From: a virus
Taxonomy: Duplodnaviria > Caudoviricetes
Strand: one strand, 5' to 3'
DNA: 30,466 nucleotides
IMG/VR virus record: IMGVR_UViG_3300033168_000007
Location: 1-30,466 of that record
How positions within the stretch are numbered: position 1 is the first letter of the stretch; the number at the start of each line of letters is the position of its first letter. The notes under the pieces were generated by a model. It was not told where the DNA came from and ran no database searches. It was given only the letters and a program-made list of their open reading frames with translations. Shown one piece after another: positions 17,606 to 25,611 of the stretch. Position numbers and translations under genes: made by a program.

Positions 17606-17772
17606 CACGCCTTCTCCTCGCGTAGTGCCCGCTGCGCGAGGAGTCGGTCGATCTTGTGGTCCTGCTCGTCGTAGGCGGTGAAGCTGCCCAGATCCAAGGC
17701 GATGGCGCGCTGCTCCACCGCCCGGGCGATCTCGATGTCGAGCTCAGGCAGTGTGAGTCTGCGGTCCAGCAT
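17605..17772 (-). CDS. Hypothetical helical protein
   Basis: MLDRRLTLPELDIEIA...KIDRLLAQRALREEKA, 55 aa, GGAGG RBS, coupled. Confidence 0.75.
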   Translation of the reverse strand: MLDRRLTLPELDIEIARAVEQRAIALDLGSFTAYDEQDHKIDRLLAQRALREEKA

Positions 17773-18053
17773 CACGGCCTCCCTCGGATCAGGTCGAGGA
17801 CGGCCTGCGCGTCGAACCACTCGCGGTGCCGCCGCTCGGCGTGCCACTGCTGATGACAGATGGCCCTCTCGGCTTCTTCCGTGGTCGGCAGGTGCACCAG
17901 GACATACCCGGCCGCGGCGAGGTCGGCGATCACGACAATCGCGTAGGAGTCGCCCGGGCGGAGCATCAGGGCTTGGGCAAGCGCATCGGCAGCGTCCATG
18001 GAGCGACCTCGATGAGGAGTGTGGAGGATCGCAGGCTCAGGAGGTTGGGTCAC
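17772..18053 (-). CDS. Hypothetical protein
   Basis: 93-aa ORF directly below the tandem TTGACA element; start uncertain (alternative ATG at MDAADA). Confidence 0.7.
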   Translation of the reverse strand: MTQPPEPAILHTPHRGRSMDAADALAQALMLRPGDSYAIVVIADLAAAGYVLVHLPTTEEAERAICHQQWHAERRHREWFDAQAVLDLIRGRP

Positions 18054-18061
18054 CTCAACCG

Positions 18062-18104
18062 ACCTACAAAGCGCAGCGTCTCACTTGTCAACTCTGCATG
18101 TCAA
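18062..18104 (-). promoter_or_regulatory. Candidate late promoter with two TTGACA hexamers
   Basis: TGTCAA on + at 18086-18091 and 18099-18104 in a 59-bp intergenic gap; no consensus -10. Confidence 0.5.
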
Positions 18105-18112
18105 GTCGAGGG

Positions 18113-18670
18113 CTACGGTCGGCGCGCCCGCCTGCGCGAGAGGGTGACGCCGTCGTCAGTCCATGGGTTGTTCATCGTGTACCTAATGTCGCGCTGGCCC
18201 AGGTCTTCGAGCGTGACCCTGATGACGGTCGTTGACACCACGTCGGGCAACTCTGGTTCCTCGCGAGTCTCCGCTTGCCAGTCGTGACTCGCTACCCACT
18301 GGTCCAGATGGAATCGCTCGAACTCCAGAGGGTCGCAATTCGATGCGAGAGACTCAGCAGCAAGCCGAGACCTTGCCAGAGACTCAGCAAGCCGAGACCA
18401 TGATTCAGCGAACTGCTGCGCCATCTGCCCGTCCGCCTGTGCGATAGCAGTGAATGCCTCGACGACGACAGTCGGCCGGAGCGGCCCCTCGGTATCCGAG
18501 CCAGGACAGACCAAGGTGGGCAGCCCGTGCCAGTTCAGCCCACAGCGGCACTCGGGGAAGTCGGGGTCATCGAAGTCGTAGCCGTTCCGGGGCTCGCCGG
18601 CGCGAATCTGCTCGTCGATCAGGGCGTCGATCTCGTCGATGACCCGCTGCGCAGTGCTCACTTTGGTCAT
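18113..18670 (-). CDS. Hypothetical phage protein (N-terminal Cys/His motif, internal repeat, terminase-like peptide)
   Basis: VIDEIDALIDEQ...CRCGLNWHGLP..CPGS; duplicated SRLAESLA / SRLAAESLA (18348-18399). Confidence 0.75.
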   Translation of the reverse strand: MTKVSTAQRVIDEIDALIDEQIRAGEPRNGYDFDDPDFPECRCGLNWHGLPTLVCPGSDTEGPLRPTVVVEAFTAIAQADGQMAQQFAESWSRLAESLARSRLAAESLASNCDPLEFERFHLDQWVASHDWQAETREEPELPDVVSTTVIRVTLEDLGQRDIRYTMNNPWTDDGVTLSRRRARRP

Positions 18671-18674
18671 CGTC

Positions 18675-19655
18675 TCACTTTCTCACTGATTGGCGGTAGA
18701 TGGTTCGATGCTTGGGCCGGGGTGCCTTGTCGAGCAGCGCGAGCACGTCGCCAAGACGGAACAGGGGCGGGTCATCGCGGTGCAGCCAGTGGTCGGTGAT
18801 CTGCTCGCCGTGTTGCCAGGCTCGGGGGGTGAGCTGGCCGCGTTGCCGCCAGGTGCGCCAGGTGCTGTCAGGGATGCGCTGGCCTTTGTAGGCGTGCACG
18901 GCACCCATGGCTTCCTCGCGGGTGCACAGCGCGTCGGAGGTTTGCTCCAGCAGCAACCTGCTCACATCTCGCGCGTCGTAGGTGGCGGAGCAGTACGAGC
19001 AGCGCAGTGTGTCCACCCCGCGGTCGATGTACAGGTCGTGCCCGCACGCCTTGCAGGGCCCGGCGTAGACGAGGTCTCGGCGGTCGACGGCCATGCGCGC
19101 TGAGGCGATGACGTCGGTGATGGTGTCGTATGCCTCGACCGCGGCCGGCAATGACCGTAGGGCTTGGGGTTGGCGCGAGAGCCACAGGGCGCACACCTCG
19201 GCGGAAGTGACGGGCAGCAGGGACAGCTCGGCAGGGTGGCGCAGCACGGTGACGGTTTCGCCGGTGATGATCTTGCCGTGCGAGATCCGGTCGGGTTGGG
19301 TGCGCTCGTACGTCTCGCCGCGCTCGTCGAGCACCAGGCGTTGCAGCACGCTGACGACGATGGCAATGTGCTCGTGCTCGGCGACCACGCGGGCCCAGGT
19401 GGTGAGCGTGTTACCGAGGGCGTCGAGGCGGCGGGTGATGTCGGTGCGCATCGGCAATGGTGCCTCGCTGCTGCGGCCGCCGTTGCGCCCGGAGCTCATC
19501 CGGTCGAGGCGGGCGGTGGCGACGGCCAGGTCGGCGACGACACCGGGCACGGCGCGCAGCTCCTTCACGAGCGTCGCGGTGCACGAGGTGCACAGGGGCA
19601 GGTTGTCGCCGCTGGGGTGGCCGCAGTCGGCTTGGTAGGTCAAGTGCTTAGCCAC
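18675..19655 (-). CDS. Zn-finger plus C-terminal HTH protein, putative late transcription regulator
   Basis: LC..C, GPC..CG.DLY, C..C, RTWRQRGQL, PLFRLGDVL; last large gene of the early operon. Confidence 0.7.
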   Translation of the reverse strand: MAKHLTYQADCGHPSGDNLPLCTSCTATLVKELRAVPGVVADLAVATARLDRMSSGRNGGRSSEAPLPMRTDITRRLDALGNTLTTWARVVAEHEHIAIVVSVLQRLVLDERGETYERTQPDRISHGKIITGETVTVLRHPAELSLLPVTSAEVCALWLSRQPQALRSLPAAVEAYDTITDVIASARMAVDRRDLVYAGPCKACGHDLYIDRGVDTLRCSYCSATYDARDVSRLLLEQTSDALCTREEAMGAVHAYKGQRIPDSTWRTWRQRGQLTPRAWQHGEQITDHWLHRDDPPLFRLGDVLALLDKAPRPKHRTIYRQSVRK

Positions 19656-19788
19656 CTGCGGAGACCTCTTGTGGCCACGGGGTCAGCGCCCGGACGCTTA
19701 CCGGCGCCCAGCGGATCAGCACGCCGGGTTGCTCGCCGATGGCGGCAGTGCGCTTGGCTGCGAGCAGCTCGGTCACAGTGCACATCAT
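19648..19788 (-). pseudogene. Displaced second copy of the rusA 3' end (46-aa ORF, not in ORF track)
   Basis: MMCTVTELLAAKRTAAIGEQPGVLIRWAPVSVRALTPWPQEVSAGG*; 17/23 identical to the RusA C-terminus. Confidence 0.85.
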
Positions 19789-20330
19789 GCCGACCATCGG
19801 CCCATGTGGTCACGCGCGCGAATCAGTGACCGATCCAGTCGGCGGTGGCATGGGCGACACCGGGGCGAGTAGTCCGCAGGATTGGCTGAATACGCGAGCG
19901 TTTCGCCCTTCCGGGTCGTCGTTGCCAACTCTTCCGAACTTGAGCCGTCGTATGACCACTCATCGGCCCGAGATCCGCAATCGGCGCAGATGTGCCCGAT
20001 CGCCCTTCCGCGTTCCCTTGATACGCGCTTGTGCGCCCCGTCGTATGACGGCCGCTCCAAGCGCTTGCGTCCGGGGTGTCGAGGACCAACAACATTCGGG
20101 TCGCCCGATTTCTTAACTCTTGCGGCGTGCATGGAGCACCAGCCCTGCGCGTGATGGGGCCTACCGCATTCATCGGCCCTGCAACCGATGTGCTGGGGAC
20201 GGCATTGCGGAGGCAATGGCGCAAGGTAGTTCGGATTACCATGCTTGCGCCAACGAAGCCAGTGCGTTGAGCACCAGCCGCGCCCAGCCGAGGGCTTCTC
20301 GCACCCGTTGATCGAGCAAGGCTTTCTCAT
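19785..20330 (-). CDS. HNH-like (His-Me) endonuclease with two N-terminal C-x4-C...WC-x2-H Zn fingers; probably mobile
   Basis: CSINGC...RGWCSTHW, CRADEC...QGWCSMH, SY.GAH.RV...RG.A..H.C.DCG...EWSYD, Y.PRC..CHRR.D; ATGA coupling to rusA. Confidence 0.8.
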   Translation of the reverse strand: MRKPCSINGCEKPSAGRGWCSTHWLRWRKHGNPNYLAPLPPQCRPQHIGCRADECGRPHHAQGWCSMHAARVKKSGDPNVVGPRHPGRKRLERPSYDGAHKRVSRERGRAIGHICADCGSRADEWSYDGSSSEELATTTRKGETLAYSANPADYSPRCRPCHRRLDRSLIRARDHMGRWSA

Positions 20331-20737
20331 GCGCTCCTCCATTTGACGGCGACCCCCGGCTGCTCACCAATCGCAGCCGTACGTTTCGAGGTAATCAGTT
20401 CAGTGACTTGGCTGTCGTCGGTGAATATCAATCCGGTAAGCGCGTCACACAGAGCGCGGGCGAGTTTATCCAGATCCGGCTTGCGGGTGTGCGCCGGCGT
20501 GATCCGCTTGGGCTCGGACTTGCGCCTCGGCATGACGAACCGCAGCTCGACAGCCACGGCGCCGGTAGGGTGCACGATCTGCGTTCCGATGGCTGAGCGG
20601 ACACCGGCGGCGACGTCGGCTCGCCACGGGTTCGTCTTGGGGTTCGCCCCGGTGACGATGGCACGCTTGCCGACGACGAAGGCCCGGGCGGAGCCCTGCG
20701 GGACCGGGACGCCTGGGACGAACACGCAGCCGGTCAC
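20327..20737 (-). CDS. rusA: RusA family Holliday junction resolvase
   Basis: VPG.PVPQGS, KPDLDKLARALCDALT, FTDDSQV. Confidence 0.95.
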   Translation of the reverse strand: MTGCVFVPGVPVPQGSARAFVVGKRAIVTGANPKTNPWRADVAAGVRSAIGTQIVHPTGAVAVELRFVMPRRKSEPKRITPAHTRKPDLDKLARALCDALTGLIFTDDSQVTELITSKRTAAIGEQPGVAVKWRSA

Positions 20738-20907
20738 TGGGCGGCCTCGACGTCGCCGATGCGGATGCGCCGCAGGTGCGCAGCTTGGTGTTCGATCACC
20801 TTGCCAGTACGTGGATCACGGCAGGGGTCGTCGGGGGCGGCGTGGCAGTAGGGGCACAGGACGCGCAGGGCTCGGGCTCGGGCCATTTCGAGCTGCAGGC
20901 TACTCAT
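20734..20907 (-). CDS. Small Zn-finger protein (not in ORF track)
   Basis: MSSLQLEMARARALRVLCPYCHAAPDDPCRDPRTGKVIEHQAAHLRRIRIGDVEAAQ* (57 aa), coupled at both ends. Confidence 0.8.
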   Translation of the reverse strand: MSSLQLEMARARALRVLCPYCHAAPDDPCRDPRTGKVIEHQAAHLRRIRIGDVEAAQ

Positions 20908-21665
20908 GATGCCACCGCCTCGGCGAGCTGCTGAGCAGGGTCGTGAACGTGGTCACACCGCACGACTCCGCGTTCGGTTTGCTCAGGCAGCCAGCCAGCG
21001 ATGTCGCACCAAGGGCACGCGTCGATCGCGGACTGGCGTCGTCGGGCCGCGTCGGCTCGGCCCTGCTTGGCGTCGACGACTTGGCGTTCGGCAAGCTCGC
21101 GGACCCGGCCGCAGGCGGCGCAGCTCGGGCCGCGCTCGGTCGCTCCGATGTGCCGGTGGTCGATGCACCGGGGGTTGCTCGGATCGATTTCTGGGGGTGG
21201 GGGTTTTTGGCTCGCGCCGCTGCTGTCTAGAGATTCCCCCCCAAGGTAACTATCACTAAGGAACGGGTCGGGTCGGGTCGGGGCAGCCGAAGTCACAGCG
21301 TTACTCACGCCGTTAGTCACGTCGCTGTCACGCCGTGACTCACGCTTACTGTCACGGGCTCGCTTCTGTCGCTCACGTGCTGCCATGCGGTCGGCCTCCA
21401 CCTGCTGCTTGCTGGGGTTTCTCTCGTCCCACTGGTGAAAGCGCCACCCGTCGCCGTCCTCTATCCACAAGCCAGCGGCAACCAGTTTCGCTGCCAATTT
21501 GATGCCAGACGGCCACCCGGCGACGTACCACCGAGGCACCCAACCTTCGGCCAAATACGCACCAGAATGTGAGCCAGATACAGCCCAAAGTCCCATCGCG
21601 GCGAGTCCAGCCTTGCGCGCCTTCTCGTGCGAGTGGAGGTTGTCGTCCACCTTGAACCAGGCCAC
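20904..21665 (-). CDS. Phage replication initiator / replisome organiser-like protein
   Basis: MAWFKVDD.LHSH.K...AG.AA.GLW, L..AGLW, W.FH.W...NP, linker with iterons and PTRPDP, C-terminal Cys motifs. Confidence 0.75.
   Translation of the reverse strand: MAWFKVDDNLHSHEKARKAGLAAMGLWAVSGSHSGAYLAEGWVPRWYVAGWPSGIKLAAKLVAAGLWIEDGDGWRFHQWDERNPSKQQVEADRMAARERQKRARDSKRESRRDSDVTNGVSNAVTSAAPTRPDPFLSDSYLGGESLDSSGASQKPPPPEIDPSNPRCIDHRHIGATERGPSCAACGRVRELAERQVVDAKQGRADAARRRQSAIDACPWCDIAGWLPEQTERGVVRCDHVHDPAQQLAEAVAS
21226..21360. repeat. Putative replication origin: six 11-12-bp (G/C)TCAC iterons, CGGGT repeats and an AT-richer flank
   Basis: 21292-21360: gtcacagcgtta / ctcacgccgtta / gtcacgtcgct / gtcacgccgtga / ctcacgcttact / gtcacgggct. 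Confidence 0.65.
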
Positions 21666-22259
21666 TCAGCTCCCCTCCTGGTCGCTGTCGATCAGTGCCC
21701 GGGCGGCTTGCTGGCGGTCCTCTAGGAGTCGCCATGTGACGCCGCAGAAGTAGCGCCACACGTGTTCCTCGTTGAGCCGAGCGTTGCTGGAAGCCTTGCG
21801 GAACGAGAACGTCAGATCGTCCAGATCGAGGCCGAGTTGCTGGAATTGGCGGACGGTGCGCCGCATCTCTTCGCCGTCCTCTAGGGCGAGGGCAGGGACG
21901 GCATGTCCCGGCATTCGAATGGTCTCGCAGATCATGTCGATGAACGCGTTGAAGAACTCGCAGTATTCCGCCCTTGACCGCCGCTCAATCTCGGCTGCCT
22001 GCGTCATCGCTGCTGCCCACCGAAGCGCGTCCTGCGCTACGTCGGCCACCAGTGGGGCATCGGGCTGGGTTGATGTCTTACCGCTGTTACACGGCCCGCA
22101 CGCAGTAACCAGATTGCTCGGATCGTCGGAGCCACCGAGCGCCACCGGCACTACGTGATCGACCGTGAGGGCAACGTCGGGTGCTTTCCCGCCGCAGTAT
22201 CGGCACGCGAAGTTGTCTCGGCGCAGCACCTCGTAGCGGACGCGCTTGCTTACGGCCAT
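21666..22259 (-). CDS. HNH endonuclease domain protein
   Basis: Start ATG 22259. RYEVLRRDNFACRYCG...LTVDHVVPVALGGSDDPSNLVTACGPCNSGK; C-term WRYFCGVTW. Confidence 0.92.
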   Translation of the reverse strand: MAVSKRVRYEVLRRDNFACRYCGGKAPDVALTVDHVVPVALGGSDDPSNLVTACGPCNSGKTSTQPDAPLVADVAQDALRWAAAMTQAAEIERRSRAEYCEFFNAFIDMICETIRMPGHAVPALALEDGEEMRRTVRQFQQLGLDLDDLTFSFRKASSNARLNEEHVWRYFCGVTWRLLEDRQQAARALIDSDQEGS

Positions 22260-22276
22260 TTCGTCTCCCTTTCCAC

Positions 22277-22492
22277 TCAGGCATCGAGCAGCTCCTCTCC
22301 GCCGACCACGAACCCGGCGCAGGGGCACGTCTGTCGCTTCTCGCTCCACACCTGCTGCCCCTCTGCGCCGGTCCAGCACGTGGCTGCGGCTCTACGTGGT
22401 GTGCCGTTCGGTACCCGGCCGTGGTGCTCGACGGGGTCCAGGCAGCGAGCGCACAGGGCCCCGGGGCGGATAGATCGCACGGTGTCAGCCAT
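22277..22492 (-). CDS. Small Cys/His-rich hypothetical protein
   Basis: C..C....HH...C...CPC.GF, 71 aa. Confidence 0.7.
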   Translation of the reverse strand: MADTVRSIRPGALCARCLDPVEHHGRVPNGTPRRAAATCWTGAEGQQVWSEKRQTCPCAGFVVGGEELLDA

Positions 22493-22498
22493 GAGTGC

Positions 22499-22603
22499 TC
22501 ACAGCGCTTCCTGCTCTTCCTCGTGGCACTTGGTGCACTCCAGGTAGGCGACACCGTCTGCTTCATCGATGGCCACCCAGTCGTGGTCACAGTCCTCGTT
22601 CAC
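22499..22603 (-). CDS. 34-aa Zn-ribbon-like peptide (not in ORF track)
   Basis: MNEDCDHDWVAIDEADGVAYLECTKCHEEEQEAL*; GTGA coupling. Confidence 0.65.
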   Translation of the reverse strand: MNEDCDHDWVAIDEADGVAYLECTKCHEEEQEAL

Positions 22604-23073
22604 TCGGCACCGGCCCACGGCGGCTGGTTCGAGTGATCCCCACCAAGCCAGTGCTCACGGGGCGTGGCGGTAGCGGCCCGCATCAGGACGAGGAGACGGG
22701 CCAGCTCGGCGTTGGCCTTGTCGCGCTCGGCTTCGGCTTTATCGCGCTCAGCGAGGCCGTGGCGCAGCACGCGCCAGCGCGCGTGCGCGGCTTCGCTGAG
22801 CTTCTCCGCCAACTCCTCAGACTCTTGAAGTGCGGCGAGGTACCTGCCCGCCGAGACGCGGGCACCATCCCGCTCGGCGCGAACCTTGACAAGCTCTGCG
22901 TTGGCCTCAGCCACAGCATTCTCTGCGCTCAGCCACGCGGCGTGCTCCGCGTCCACCGCTTCACGCAACGACTCCACCGTCTCGGGTGGATCAGGCGGGC
23001 ACAGCGTGTCGGCGTAACGGCGTAGCTCCCTCGCCGCCGCCTGCCGCGCATCCTCCACCGTCCAGTCGTTCAT
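22600..23073 (-). CDS. Coiled-coil hypothetical protein
   Basis: ATGA-coupled start at 23073; AERD repeats. Confidence 0.75.
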   Translation of the reverse strand: MNDWTVEDARQAAARELRRYADTLCPPDPPETVESLREAVDAEHAAWLSAENAVAEANAELVKVRAERDGARVSAGRYLAALQESEELAEKLSEAAHARWRVLRHGLAERDKAEAERDKANAELARLLVLMRAATATPREHWLGGDHSNQPPWAGAE

Positions 23074-23441
23074 CCCTTGCCACCGAACGGATCGGCCACA
23101 GACTTGAGCGGCAATGGCCCAGTGGTGTCGTGGCTGGTGTCGTCCTCGTCCCAGCTTCCGTCGTCGTCCTCGTCGAACAAGCCGGGCTCGGACTCGGCGG
23201 CCGGTTTCGGCCCGGTGCCTTCCCACAGTTCGTCGACCTGCATCTTGGCGACCAGGCGCATCTCGCCGTCCTTCATCCGCTCCCGGGTGATGGCGGTGCA
23301 GGTGGCCTGGACGGTGTAGGTGCGGGCTTCGTCGAGCTTCGGCGGATCTTCGAGGCTGTCGGAGGACATGCCGGCGAACTTGACGCGGCTGGCTTCAATG
23401 AGGGGCTCAGTGCCGGTGTAGGTGGCGGTGGCGGTGGGCAT
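23070..23441 (-). CDS. Hypothetical phage protein with acidic tail
   Basis: 123 aa, AAGGAG RBS. Confidence 0.8.
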   Translation of the reverse strand: MPTATATYTGTEPLIEASRVKFAGMSSDSLEDPPKLDEARTYTVQATCTAITRERMKDGEMRLVAKMQVDELWEGTGPKPAAESEPGLFDEDDDGSWDEDDTSHDTTGPLPLKSVADPFGGKG

Positions 23442-23442
23442 G

Positions 23443-23670
23443 TCAGGAGTTCTCCTTGGTGTTGGATTCGGGGTCGTCGGTTGCGGCGTGGGCGTCGACG
23501 AGCTCAGCCGCGGCCAACAGGTCGCGGGCTAGCTCGCGTGCGGCGTGGGCAGCCAGTGTCTGTTTGAGTTCAGACGGGCCGAAGATCGAGGAGTGGGCGC
23601 GAAGTTCGACAACGCCCGCGCCCGCGCCGATGGGTAGACGTGCGGTGACTTGGTAGGGCAGGTTCATCAC
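23443..23670 (-). CDS. Hypothetical protein
   Basis: 75 aa, follows recT; ARELARDLLAAAE motif. Confidence 0.75.
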   Translation of the reverse strand: MMNLPYQVTARLPIGAGAGVVELRAHSSIFGPSELKQTLAAHAARELARDLLAAAELVDAHAATDDPESNTKENS

Positions 23671-23671
23671 G

Positions 23672-24517
23672 TCAGCTCTCCTGCCGGTTGGCGGCGATGT
23701 CGTCGGGGTGCATCTCTACGAGCTCACCGTCGACGTAATCGGCGTCCACTTCTTCCAGGTGGCTCACGTCGGTGATCTGCGGTGCGCTCACCGCCTCGGC
23801 CTGCGCTGGCACGGGCTGCTCGTTCTGCACATCGCGGACGGCGCGCAGCTGCTCGCGGATGTACTCCGACGAGGTGGGCACGAACGGCTCCAGGCGGTGG
23901 ATCACGGTCTTCAGGACCATGGACTTGCGCCACTTCCGCCACGGCGAGTCGGCGCGACCCGAACTCTTGGACATAGCCATGGTGGCGTCAATGTCCGCCT
24001 TGCCGATGACGACCACCTTGGACGTACCGCCGGCCTTCATCTCGGCGAAGGCCCACGCGCCGATGATCTCGCCACGGTCGGTGAACCAAGACACTTTGTG
24101 GTGCGGGCGAGCATCCTCGGCGGGGTCGTACTCGAACGTGTCGTTGGCGCAGACCACCTCGGCCTTGACGCTACTGACGGCACCGGCGCGATACATGCGT
24201 TCCACGACTCCGCGATAACCCTCCCAACCCTCCACCTTGCCGCCCATGGGGACGAGATAGAAGGCCTCGGTGCCCGGTTCGTGACCGAGCCGAGCGGCCT
24301 CGCGTAGGGCGTAGATCAGGCTGCCGGGGTCGTTGTTCGCAGCCTTCAGGAGGTCCGGGCTCTTGCGCAGCGCGGCCTGAGCGAGACGGACGAAGGTAAC
24401 TGCCTTCACGTGGTCGGGCAGTACCTCGGAGAACTCTTCTCGGTACTGGGGGATCAGGTTCACCGTGGAACGCTCTTGTTCGGCGATGGCTTGGGTGGTG
24501 GTGGTCAACGGGATCAC
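23672..24517 (-). CDS. recT: RecT family single-strand annealing protein
   Basis: VLPDHV...FVR.A, SL..AL..AA.LG.EPG...FYLVP, GYRG..E.MYRAG, SPW.KW..SM.LKTV. Confidence 0.93.
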   Translation of the reverse strand: MIPLTTTTQAIAEQERSTVNLIPQYREEFSEVLPDHVKAVTFVRLAQAALRKSPDLLKAANNDPGSLIYALREAARLGHEPGTEAFYLVPMGGKVEGWEGYRGVVERMYRAGAVSSVKAEVVCANDTFEYDPAEDARPHHKVSWFTDRGEIIGAWAFAEMKAGGTSKVVVIGKADIDATMAMSKSSGRADSPWRKWRKSMVLKTVIHRLEPFVPTSSEYIREQLRAVRDVQNEQPVPAQAEAVSAPQITDVSHLEEVDADYVDGELVEMHPDDIAANRQES

Positions 24518-25611
24518 GCGGCTTTCTGGTTGGTGGTGGATTGCTTGGCTGCTCGAAGCGATGGCGGGTTGTCACCACGGCCGGGAACGCGGATGGCGAC
24601 CTTCTCGCCGTCTTGGGTGAGCGCTGTCTTGGCGGTGCCCATGGCGTCGAGCACAGCGGTGGTGGCGCCTTGGGCTCGCGCCTTGGCCGCTTTCTCGTCC
24701 GCTTTTGAGGCGAGGTACTCGATGGCGAGCTCGGCGGCGATCGGTGCGTCGGAACCGTCGATGTCGGGGTGCAACTCGCGCACCGCCTGATACGTCGCAG
24801 CATGGTCGTCGAGGCTCGGTCGGCGCGGTGCGGATCCGTTGGGTAGTGAGGCCATGAACTCGGCTGCCGCGGTGACGAGCTGCTCGGCTTCGGCTGGGTC
24901 GTAGGTGATGAGGTACTCGCGGAAGCTGAGGTAGGACAGCAGCACGGCGACGTGGCACTCCCGGGCGCCGGTGACCAGCATCTCCCACATGACCTGCGCG
25001 CGATATCCGGGCGGGATCTCCTCCGTCCCGGCCGGTCCCCAGGCGTCGACGTCGGCGTCGGTCTTGCATTGAAGCAATGTCGCGGTGCCGTCCTCGCGGG
25101 TGACCAGGCGGTCGGGATTGGCCGACTGCCACCCGGCGTCGGAGGCGATCCACGTGCCTGTCCGATCGACGCGCCACGTCGGGTACTGGTCGGCGAACCA
25201 TGCAGCGATGGCTGGCTCGAGGTAGTGGCCGCGGCGCATCTCGTCGGACTCATCGACGGGTGCGGTGAGGCCGGCCATGTGGTGCCAAAGGCTGAACCGC
25301 GACTCGTACGGGCTCAGCCCGACGACGGCCGCGATCTTGCTCGCCGACATCCTCGTGAGCCACTCCGACGATCCCGGCTCGACGACGTGATCGAGCAACA
25401 CCCCAGTAAGCCCGTCCGAACGTGCGCGGGTGCTTACCAGATGCTCCCCTGCCCATGACTCGACCGCGGTGCGGGGGAAGTGCAGGCGCCGGCCCATGCG
25501 GGTGCCGTGCGGCGCGCCTGGCCCGGCTGCGGTACGGCGGCGGTGCAACGTTCGCACTGAGCACCCCAAGTGCTCGGCGAGCTCGGGCAGAGTCAGCATG
25601 TCGGCGCTCAT
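24514..25611 (-). CDS. YqaJ/RecE-type viral exonuclease with N-terminal excisionase-like HTH
   Basis: Start ATG 25611 (ATGA coupling). PGS.EW, SASKIAAVVGLSPY, GHYLEP.IA, ANPDRL, LQCKT, P.YRAQV.W.M.VTG; N-term MLTLPELAEHLGCSVRTL. Confidence 0.9.
   Translation of the reverse strand: MSADMLTLPELAEHLGCSVRTLHRRRTAAGPGAPHGTRMGRRLHFPRTAVESWAGEHLVSTRARSDGLTGVLLDHVVEPGSSEWLTRMSASKIAAVVGLSPYESRFSLWHHMAGLTAPVDESDEMRRGHYLEPAIAAWFADQYPTWRVDRTGTWIASDAGWQSANPDRLVTREDGTATLLQCKTDADVDAWGPAGTEEIPPGYRAQVMWEMLVTGARECHVAVLLSYLSFREYLITYDPAEAEQLVTAAAEFMASLPNGSAPRRPSLDDHAATYQAVRELHPDIDGSDAPIAAELAIEYLASKADEKAAKARAQGATTAVLDAMGTAKTALTQDGEKVAIRVPGRGDNPPSLRAAKQSTTNQKAA

Noticed and set aside
18000-18035. ILHTPHRGRS as a terminase Walker A mimic
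   Set aside because: Lacks GK(S/T), is too short, and may lie upstream of the true start.
21292-21360. Short regular repeats as a CRISPR-like array
   Set aside because: No spacers, units too short, and inside a coding region; better explained as iterons.
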